Shown: positions 8,799 to 15,173 of the stretch, one piece after another
How positions within the stretch are numbered: the first letter of the stretch is position 1
How the letters are laid out: each line of letters opens with the position of its first letter
Assembly (NCBI GenBank): GCA_026413885.1
Contig: JAOAKA010000003.1
Coordinates: forward strand, 72,784 to 96,783
DNA length: 24,000 bases
From: Sulfolobales archaeon
Lineage (GTDB): Archaea; Thermoproteota; Thermoprotei_A; Sulfolobales; NBVN01
Reading direction: 5' to 3'
Made by a program: the position numbers and the translations under genes
Notes under the pieces: model-generated
What the model saw: only the letters and a program-made list of their open reading frames with translations
Databases searched by the model: none
Told to the model about the DNA's origin: nothing

Positions 8799-9640
8799 AC
8801 CGCACCACCTCCAAATGATTTAGATATATACTCACGGTAAGTATCGAGAAAGCCGGGCTCATCTCTATCTACAAACTCACCTATTACGAATCCCCTACCC
8901 CAGTCGTAGTCACTCTCCTCGATAGATGGATTAGTCTTCACGGTAACTTTCTTCTTGAGCTCCATATAGAGGTCGACCGGATTTCTCAGCCCTATATGTC
9001 TCCCGAAGATCTCCGGACACGTAGAGAGGACTTCCACGAAGGCTAGTCCACGCTTAGCGAGAGCTTTATAGATAGTTCTCTCAAGCAGTTGTGGATGTGT
9101 TATAGAGCTTCTAGCAACGTAGTTAGCTCCTAGAGCTGCTGCTAGTTTAATCACGTTTAACTCTCTCTCAGGGTTTCCGTAGGGAGTGGTCGTTGTATAG
9201 AGTCCTCTAGGTGTTGTAGGTGCTAGCTGCCCACCGGTCATACCGTAGGTCATGTTGTTGACCATTATCACTAGGAGGTCTGCGTTTCGCTTTAAAGCGT
9301 GCAGTAGGTGGTTCCCACCGATAGCAGCTATATCTCCATCTCCTCCTACAATAACCATCTTCATTTCTGGTTTAACTACTTTAACTGCTATTGCGAATGG
9401 AATAGCTCTTCCGTGGATTACGTGTGCGGAATCAAAGTACGGATATAGAGTCATTCTAGCAGTACACCCAATGCCGCCGACGAATGCTATGTTCTCTTTT
9501 TTAAGTAGGCCTTCCTCTATTCTTCTATCTATAGCTCTCAGTATAGCACCTAGAGCTATCCCCAGGCCGCAGCCTGGACACCACATTGTCGGTATTCTAT
9601 CTACTCTCAGGTAGGGGTCTAGTGGGTGTGTTACAGCCAC
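8795..9640 (-). CDS. 2-oxoacid:ferredoxin oxidoreductase, beta (TPP-binding) subunit
   Basis: 281 aa. WCPGCG, GIGC and GGDGD TPP/Fe-S motifs. 4-nt overlap with gamma. Confidence 0.92.
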   Translation of the reverse strand: MAVTHPLDPYLRVDRIPTMWCPGCGLGIALGAILRAIDRRIEEGLLKKENIAFVGGIGCTARMTLYPYFDSAHVIHGRAIPFAIAVKVVKPEMKMVIVGGDGDIAAIGGNHLLHALKRNADLLVIMVNNMTYGMTGGQLAPTTPRGLYTTTTPYGNPERELNVIKLAAALGANYVARSSITHPQLLERTIYKALAKRGLAFVEVLSTCPEIFGRHIGLRNPVDLYMELKKKVTVKTNPSIEESDYDWGRGFVIGEFVDRDEPGFLDTYREYISKSFGGGAV

Positions 9641-10755
9641 TTATCGACCACCCCAACTACTTCTTGAGGTAGAGGTACATCTAAATCTATAAGTGGAACA
9701 CTGACTACGTCTCTATCTTTTAGAATACCTCTCAGCTCTCTGTAGTAGAGCCCTACGTTGTTCTCGACTACAAACACTTTCTCGACGTTCTTCAGTAGCT
9801 TAGAGATGCCTTCTTCATATATTGGAAATAGTGTTTTAAGCTTAAGTGAGCACGCGCGAACACCTCTCTCTCTGAGTGTTTTAGCAGCTACCTGAGTTGA
9901 GAGAGCTGTAGATCCGTAGGAAACTAGAGCTACATCGCAGTCATCTAGATATAGAGATGAGTAGTCGAATAGCTTCCCAGAGCTCTCAGTGATCTTTCTA
10001 TACAGTCTCCACATAAGTTTTCTCTGGGCGTCCGATCTAGGTGCGTAGTAGCCTCTCTCATCGTGAGTTAGTGACTCTACTAGAACACTATATCCTTCAC
10101 CAAAGCAAGCCATTGGAGGCACTAATCCATCCACCGGGTCGTAGGGTCTATACTCACTCAATGGTGTTGAAGGCTTGCTGCGGTCTACTATCTCTACCTC
10201 ACTTCTCTCTCTAATAGCTACTTTTCCATATGTGTGAGCAACTACCGCATCTGAGAGGAGAACTACTGGAGTTCTCAGCTTCTCCGATATGTTGAAGGCC
10301 TTAACCGTCAAGTCGTATGCTTCCTGTGGTGTAGACGGTGCTAGCACCGGTATCACTAAGCCTCCGTGAAAACCGTAGGTACTCTGCAGTACGTCGTATT
10401 GACCGGACCTAGTTGGAACACCTGTCGATGGGCCGGTCCTCATGACGTAGGCTACAACAAGCGGGGTTTCAGTTATTACTGCTAGACTGAGAGCTTCAAG
10501 CATTAGTGAGAAACCTGGACCACTAGTTGCTGTCATAGCTTTCGCGCATGCCCAGGAAGCTCCTACGACAGCGTTTATTGAGGCTATCTCATCTTCAAAT
10601 TGTATGACGTGTCCTCCGTACTTCGGTAGCTCTCTAGCTAGGTGTTCGAATATATCTGAAGTAGGTGTTATCGGATATCCTGCGTAGAACTTGAGTCCGG
10701 AGACTATCGAGGCTTCAGCGATAGCTATATTTCCAGTTAGATACTCGTACCTCAA
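9631..10755 (-). CDS. 2-oxoacid:ferredoxin oxidoreductase, alpha subunit
   Basis: 374 aa with TTG start. N-terminus GN.AIAEA...G..FYAGYPITPTS is typical of KorA/PorA-type alpha subunits. Confidence 0.92.
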   Translation of the reverse strand: MRYEYLTGNIAIAEASIVSGLKFYAGYPITPTSDIFEHLARELPKYGGHVIQFEDEIASINAVVGASWACAKAMTATSGPGFSLMLEALSLAVITETPLVVAYVMRTGPSTGVPTRSGQYDVLQSTYGFHGGLVIPVLAPSTPQEAYDLTVKAFNISEKLRTPVVLLSDAVVAHTYGKVAIRERSEVEIVDRSKPSTPLSEYRPYDPVDGLVPPMACFGEGYSVLVESLTHDERGYYAPRSDAQRKLMWRLYRKITESSGKLFDYSSLYLDDCDVALVSYGSTALSTQVAAKTLRERGVRACSLKLKTLFPIYEEGISKLLKNVEKVFVVENNVGLYYRELRGILKDRDVVSVPLIDLDVPLPQEVVGVVDKWL

Positions 10756-10757
10756 CG

Positions 10758-11012
10758 CTAACCAGCCTCTACAAATATTGCGAAATCCGGGCAGCTGTAC
10801 TCACACATTTTACATCCAATGCATTTATCGGGATATGCCGGCACTACATATCTATAGCCTCTCCTATTTCTACTATCACCTCTCGCTAGAACTTTAGTTG
10901 GGCATACAGCTACACATATCCCACACTCCTTACATCTCTCAGTTATGACGTTAATTGCGTACTTACTGCTTTTCGTCTTTATAAGCGTGGCTGCTGGTGT
11001 ACTCAGCTTCAT
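10758..11012 (-). CDS. 2-oxoacid:ferredoxin oxidoreductase, delta subunit (2x[4Fe-4S] ferredoxin-like)
   Basis: 84 aa. Two CxxCxxCxxxCP motifs (CKECGICVAVCP, CIGCKMCEYSCP). The delta-alpha-beta-gamma order resembles archaeal 2-oxoglutarate-type (KOR) operons, but substrate cannot be read from the sequence. Confidence 0.9.
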   Translation of the reverse strand: MKLSTPAATLIKTKSSKYAINVITERCKECGICVAVCPTKVLARGDSRNRRGYRYVVPAYPDKCIGCKMCEYSCPDFAIFVEAG

Positions 11013-11139
11013 TCACCTATACATCTGTGTCTCGAGAACTTTAAAGTGTGTTTTACTATTTTTACTAAAAGTTAAAAACATATAGATGCAGGTGTCTAGC
11101 TGTGTGCTGGGTTTTAGATAAGGTTTGCTTGCTGAATAA

Positions 11140-11475
11140 CTAATCTAAACCTACTTCACCACTGTGTTTGAGGGGGCTGCTGGTTTCTGTACTTGCTATA
11201 CTTACTCTTAATATGTCTCTATCTACGTAGATAGTGATGTTTGTTGTCGAGTATTTCACCTCTATTTTAAGTAGTCTAGCTTTGAGTCTGGGTTCTATAG
11301 ATGAGAGAGCTGCTGTAGCTACTGCTGTAGCTTTAGCTATTGAGTCACTACTCTCTATTTTCTCGCCTAGTGTGTCTATTACCTCACCTGTAGATCTGGC
11401 TGCTATAACTACTGATTCGGAGAGTTCGAATTTAAATCTATGTGTTGCTTCAGTGCTAGCTGCCTCCAGTAGGTA
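11140..11475 (-). pseudogene. Open reading frame of 111 codons without any ATG/GTG/TTG start near its 5' end (possible gene remnant or non-canonical start)
   Basis: Hand translation of the minus strand: YLLEAASTEATHRFKFELSESVVIAARSTGEVIDTLGEKIESSDSIAKATAVATAALSSIEPRLKARLLKIEVKYSTTNITIYVDRDILRVSIASTETSSPLKHSGEVGLD, stop at 11140-11142. Codon choice (8 ATA, 0 ATT; AGA, GTA, GCT) matches clear genes here. The first canonical start is a late GTG. No family recognised. Confidence 0.3.
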
Positions 11476-11581
11476 TCACCGAGTTATTGCTTCGGTAGGT
11501 CTTTCTTTTAAAAACGCTTATTCGTTGCTAGTCTGGGTTAGGTGTTATTAAGCTGAGGTAGCTATATCTATGTGAGGAGCT

Positions 11582-12394
11582 GTGTGTTGGGGTGTTTTAG
11601 GGAAGCTTTTAATGGTTGACGGTGTTGAAGGTGAAGTTGAAGTTGGGGGGGCTACTGTTAGAGCTCTTGTAGCTATTGATGACGTTAAGCCGGGTGATGT
11701 AGTTTTAGTTCACGCTGGTGTTGTTATAGAGAAGTTAGATAGAGAGAGTGTTCTAGCTAATCTAGCTGTATACTACGACTTAGTTAAATATCACTACGTA
11801 TTTAATGGATTCAGTGAGGGTGAGGCTGGTGAGAGAGCTAGAGAGGAGCTCGCTAAGCTGGCTCGAGATCTAGGGGTTTCCGAGGGGGAAGTCTTGGCGG
11901 CTCTCACCGAGGGCTCTGGAAAGGTAGTTCGAGAGAGTATTGAGCAAGTAGAGATTCCTGAAGAAGCCTTCTACATCGACTACACAATTCAGCTAGCTGA
12001 AACAGACTATCTTCAAGTAACACACTACAGCAACTACCTGAGAGTCTGTGAGAGAGCCTTCATGTCTATGCTGGCTAGCGCAGGCACCAGCTACAGCAGA
12101 CTCATACACGAATACGGAGTCTTCATACCTACAGTAGAAGTTAGCGCTAAGATAAAATCACCCTCAAGACTAGACAACACACTGAGAGCATACGTCTGGA
12201 TAGAGGAAATAGGAAGAAAACACTTAAAATACAGATGCTTAATCTACAATCAAACAACCAAGAAACTAGCAGCAGACATAACCCACATAGCCGTATGCAC
12301 AGACACAGCAATAACAACAAGCCACGAAATACCGAAAGAAATAAAAACAACACTCGAAAAACTAGCAGCTAAAAAATCAAACACAAAACAATAA
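11582..12394 (+). CDS. HypC/HupF-like domain fused to a 4HBT/YbgC-type hotdog thioesterase domain
   Basis: 270 aa with GTG start. Residues 1-~75 (MCWGVLGKLLMVDG...PGDVVLVHAGVVIEKLD) align with HypC (Met-Cys N-terminus, GD.VLVH.G). Residues ~125-255 (YIDYTIQLAETDYLQVTHYSNYLRVCERAF...) match the hotdog thioesterase signature. The ORF is uninterrupted. Confidence 0.8.
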   Translation: MCWGVLGKLLMVDGVEGEVEVGGATVRALVAIDDVKPGDVVLVHAGVVIEKLDRESVLANLAVYYDLVKYHYVFNGFSEGEAGERAREELAKLARDLGVSEGEVLAALTEGSGKVVRESIEQVEIPEEAFYIDYTIQLAETDYLQVTHYSNYLRVCERAFMSMLASAGTSYSRLIHEYGVFIPTVEVSAKIKSPSRLDNTLRAYVWIEEIGRKHLKYRCLIYNQTTKKLAADITHIAVCTDTAITTSHEIPKEIKTTLEKLAAKKSNTKQ

Positions 12395-12395
12395 A

Positions 12396-14735
12396 CCTTC
12401 AATTCTATCATTTAGATTCACTCAAAAAATTGGAGATAGAAGTAAAAAGATTTATAGAACTTTCAATTCTATCGTTTAGATTCCCATGTATGTCTCCGTA
12501 TGTATCTGTATGTAAAACATATATACTTTCAATTCTATCGTTTAGATTCGCTCGTGGTAGCGGCAGGCAGACCGAGGTTGAACCCTATAGCTTTCAATTC
12601 TATCGTTTAGATTCCTGATTAACTACACCATCTAGCTGTAACCTTTCTACGTAAACTTTCAATTCTATCGTTTAGATTCGTGTTTCTAGCTACTAGACCG
12701 TTCCAGCAGTCGAGCCTCAAGCTTTCAATTCTATCGTTTAGATTCCAAGGACTTCTTCTCGTTGATTTGGGGGATGCTGAGCCTTGTTGCTTTCAATTCT
12801 ATCGTTTAGATTCAAGTGGAAAACGTATATAATATAGGGAGTAAGGTAATAACCTTTCAATTCTATCGTTTAGATTCATAACAAAGAGGAGAAAATGAAA
12901 ATATTCAATAACATCGACTTTCAATTCTATCGTTTAGATTCAGAAAGCTCTTCGGCGGTTATTACACGCCGCGTAGTGACTTTCAATTCTATCGTTTAGA
13001 TTCCGAAATTATAATTCTCTACATAGGCAATGGTATACCATCCTTTCAATTCTATCGTTTAGATTCAGATCTTAGAAGAGCTCAGAAAACTACTATCAGA
13101 GAAACTTACTTTCAATTCTATCGTTTAGATTCACGAAGCACTCGAAGCTGGACTACATCATAACGTACACACTTTCAATTCTATCGTTTAGATTCCCGCT
13201 TCGCGAATTAGCTAACTCCGTCACGCGTGTGATTCTTTCAATTCTATCGTTTAGATTCTCTGCAGAAAAGCAAAACCAAGAATGTTGCGTGAAATATTAG
13301 CTTTCAATTCTATCGTTTAGATTCGAAAAAGAGAGAGTTGGGGGGGAACAGGAACCGAACACCTCTTTCAATTCTATCGTTTAGATTCGGGGAGGACGGA
13401 GTGCTTCAGGTTGGGGGAGATTAAGGAGACTTTCAATTCTATCGTTTAGATTCTGGTGGTGGTATAATTGAACCCTCTGGACTCCCTCAGATTCGACTTT
13501 CAATTCTATCGTTTAGATTCGAGCAAGATAAAAACAATGGTGAAGGAGAGATTAAAGGCTAAACTTTCAATTCTATCGTTTAGATTCGGAAATTAATAAT
13601 AAAGTAGAAAGACTGAGGCTCGTGTTCTTTCAATTCTATCGTTTAGATTCCCGCAGCGAACAAAGACATAATGGGTAATGTAATTGTCGTCCTTTCAATT
13701 CTATCGTTTAGATTCATGAACCTGATCAAGAACTTCAGCAGCAAAGTTAAATCGATGCTTTCAATTCTATCGTTTAGATTCTAAGTGTAACACGTTTTTT
13801 ACATATATTTTCACATACGAGCTTTCAATTCTATCGTTTAGATTCAATACATTTATCTTGGTCGTGAACAGTTACAGTTACCCTTCCGATCTTTCAATTC
13901 TATCGTTTAGATTCATAAAGTTAAATGCTCCCTACAAACTGTTACATCTGGTGCTCTTTCAATTCTATCGTTTAGATTCCGTTGACCGCCAACAAGGACG
14001 TAGTCACCTACCTCGCGAGACTTTCAATTCTATCGTTTAGATTCAAACATGTTGAGAGAATTGTTGAAGTCAGTTGAGGGCGAGCTGCTTTCAATTCTAT
14101 CGTTTAGATTCTGGGTGGGGGCACGCCGTACTCCTCGGACTTCCTCGCGTCTTTCAATTCTATCGTTTAGATTCGGAGGCGTAGGCGGTGTTGGTAGGGG
14201 TACTGTGATATCCGGCCTTTCAATTCTATCGTTTAGATTCCACAATTCTTCTTTTTTCCGCCCCGTTGGAACTTGATGACTGCTTTCAATTCTATCGTTT
14301 AGATTCGCTAAGGCGGGGGTGATGGTGTAGTGCTAGCAGCGTACGGCTTTCAATTCTATCGTTTAGATTCACTCATAACCTCTCTCAATAAACTTGCTGT
14401 TAACGTATCTGACTTTCAATTCTATCGTTTAGATTCACTAGGACACAGAGCTCCCTATCTCTAAATAGAGACGGTGGTGCTTTCAATTCTATCGTTTAGA
14501 TTCAGGTCTACTTTTATCGAGGTGATAGGTGGTGGCTGAGATAAGCTTTCAATTCTATCATTTAGATTCACGCGTTCAGGGCTGCGTACGGCTACGTCCC
14601 CCTAGACCTCTTTCAATTCTATCGTTTAGATTCCGCAGTTGTAGACGGTAACCTCCCCGGTCGTCCACACCTCGATCTTTCAATTCTATCGTTTAGATTC
14701 TGTGTTTTGTTTTTCTTTCTCTATCGTTTAGATTC
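12396..14735 (-). CRISPR. CRISPR array: 36 full 24-nt repeats plus one truncated leader-proximal copy, 35 spacers of 38-45 nt
   Basis: The repeat reads CTTTCAATTCTATCGTTTAGATTC on the plus strand. Repeat starts: 12396, 12460, 12526, 12591, 12656, 12722, 12790, 12854, 12918, 12980, 13043, 13109, 13172, 13235, 13301, 13365, 13430, 13497, 13564, 13627, 13692, 13758, 13822, 13891, 13956, 14021, 14088, 14151, 14217, 14283, 14347, 14413, 14480, 14546, 14610, 14677. The reverse complement GAATCTAAACGATAGAATTGAAAG ends in ATTGAAAG, the 8-nt crRNA 5' handle known from crenarchaeal Cas6 processing, so transcription is on the minus strand from the leader at 14736 onward. The far-end repeat (12396) is degenerate with 2 mismatches. 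The repeat at 14546 has G->A at position 15. Confidence 0.98.
14715..14735 (-). repeat. Truncated CRISPR repeat (3-nt internal deletion) abutting the leader
   Basis: CTTTC---TCTATCGTTTAGATTC: the consensus lacking AAT (ATT on the transcribed strand), which destroys the ATTGAAAG handle. It is separated from the last intact repeat by only 14 nt (14701-14714). Confidence 0.85.
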
Positions 14736-14758
14736 TTCTGTGTTTCTAGTGTTTCTGG

Positions 14759-14767
14759 GTTTATAAG
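14759..14767 (-). promoter_or_regulatory. Candidate TATA box for pre-crRNA transcription
   Basis: CTTATAAAC on the minus strand, centred about 27 nt upstream of the truncated repeat boundary at 14735. Confidence 0.4.
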
Positions 14768-14852
14768 TTTTTATGTAAGCTATTTCCCGGTTTTTAAGAC
14801 TTGTTTTTAAATTAGTTTACTTAACTTCTCTCGGTAGCTCTCTACATAGAAA

Positions 14853-14871
14853 TCCCAAGACAGACATGGGA
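14853..14871. promoter_or_regulatory. Dyad motif copy A: TCCCA-N9-TGGGA (exact)
   Basis: TCCCAAGACAGACATGGGA. Part of the 23-nt bipartite motif TTCCCAT-N6-CTTGGGATTT read on the minus strand (14850-14872). Confidence 0.6.
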
Positions 14872-14951
14872 AAAACCCCCAGCAGCACAGACCACCATCA
14901 GACAGGAACTCGAAGCCAAGAACAGTAAGACTTATTAACTAGAGAACACAC

Positions 14952-14970
14952 TCCCATGTAGACCGTGGGA
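14952..14970. promoter_or_regulatory. Dyad motif copy D (central): TCCCA-N9-TGGGA (exact)
   Basis: TCCCATGTAGACCGTGGGA. It lies at the point where base composition switches and roughly midway between the inverted outer copies. Confidence 0.6.
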
Positions 14971-15006
14971 AAAACTAGGGAGGCTTCTAATGGTGTTTTA
15001 GAGGGG

Positions 15007-15016
15007 GTTTATATGT
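15007..15016 (+). promoter_or_regulatory. TATA-like 10-mer GTTTATATGT (also present upstream of csa3)
   Basis: Identical 10-mer at 17886-17895. If functional, the TSS would fall near 15040, just before dyads E, B and C. Confidence 0.3.
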
Positions 15017-15043
15017 TTTTCGGTTTTGTGCTCTCATGTGTGT

Positions 15044-15062
15044 TCCCATGGTGTTCATGGGG
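15044..15062. promoter_or_regulatory. Dyad motif copy E: TCCCA-N9-TGGGG (one mismatch)
   Basis: TCCCATGGTGTTCATGGGG. It is immediately adjacent to copy B, with centres 22 bp apart. Confidence 0.5.
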
Positions 15063-15065
15063 TGT

Positions 15066-15084
15066 TCCCATTTCTTACTTGGGA
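15066..15084. promoter_or_regulatory. Dyad motif copy B: TCCCA-N9-TGGGA (exact)
   Basis: TCCCATTTCTTACTTGGGA. Part of the bipartite TTCCCAT-N6-CTTGGGATTT on the plus strand (15065-15087). Confidence 0.6.
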
Positions 15085-15122
15085 TTTTCTCGAGTTTTTT
15101 TGTGTGTGTTCTGTTTTATTTT

Positions 15123-15141
15123 TCCTATTGCTTTCTTGGGA
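15123..15141. promoter_or_regulatory. Dyad motif copy C: TCCTA-N9-TGGGA (one mismatch)
   Basis: TCCTATTGCTTTCTTGGGA. Part of the bipartite TTCCTAT-N6-CTTGGGATTT on the plus strand (15122-15144), 57 bp from copy B. Confidence 0.5.
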
Positions 15142-15173
15142 TTTGCTTCTGCTTTCTTTACTGAATAGTTATC

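Larger units (their letters stand above)
14736..15173. promoter_or_regulatory. CRISPR leader plus divergent csa1 upstream region
   Basis: Non-coding 438 bp between the array and csa1. The AT-rich repeat-proximal part contains tandem GTGTTTCT (14740-14747, 14749-14756) and three GTTTTTA boxes (14767, 14790, 14803). The distal part contains five TCCCA-N9-TGGGA dyads. Composition flips from A+C-rich to G+T-rich near 14960. Confidence 0.75.

Noticed and set aside
9252-10897. Plus-strand ORFs 9252..9614 and 10691..10897
   Set aside because: They are antisense to the beta, alpha and delta subunits of the 2-oxoacid:ferredoxin oxidoreductase. No motifs are present, so they are shadow ORFs.
11234-11551. 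105-aa plus-strand ORF in the kor / hypC-like spacer
   Set aside because: The composition (S/L/A-rich) and codon use (ATT preferred over ATA) resemble the antisense artefacts of this window. The opposite strand scores better by eye. It is kept only as part of a finding, not as a gene call.
12147-12353. 68-aa minus-strand ORF (L/C-rich)
   Set aside because: It is antisense to the thioesterase half of 11582..12394 and is an extremely low-complexity translation caused by the A+C-rich coding strand.
12680-12689. 10-nt identity (GTGTTTCTAG) between the repeat-adjacent end of spacer 12680-12721 and the leader at 14740-14749
   Set aside because: Only 10 nt match and the rest of the spacer is unrelated to the leader. 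It is borderline against chance given the number of comparisons. It might be a fossil leader junction, but that is not supportable from this alone.
12430-14276. ORF-track entries inside the CRISPR array (12430..12618 +, 13858..14040 +, 14030..14245 -, 14049..14276 +)
   Set aside because: Their translations are periodic readings of the repeat (LSILSFRF / NLNDRIE recurring every ~22 aa). They are artefacts of the repeat-spacer structure.
14760-15090. Replication-origin interpretation: an AT-rich stretch next to repeated dyads with G-strings, vaguely ORB-like (GTGGGAAAAACTAGGGAGG), plus a local AC-to-GT skew switch
   Set aside because: The dyad does not match the ORB/mini-ORB core (TCCA..TGGAAA) well. 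No orc1/cdc6 or whiP gene is nearby. The skew switch is local (hundreds of bp) rather than genome-scale. AT-rich leaders are normal for CRISPR arrays. It could be excluded formally by whole-genome skew or marker-frequency analysis.
14848-15090. MITE interpretation of the ~45-nt imperfect inverted repeat arms flanking a ~240-bp segment
   Set aside because: No target-site duplication flanks the arms (..TCTACAT| versus |CGAGTTT..). A third direct copy of the motif lies outside the putative element, and a central dyad of the same type lies inside it. This fits a binding-site array better. A genome-wide copy count would settle it.
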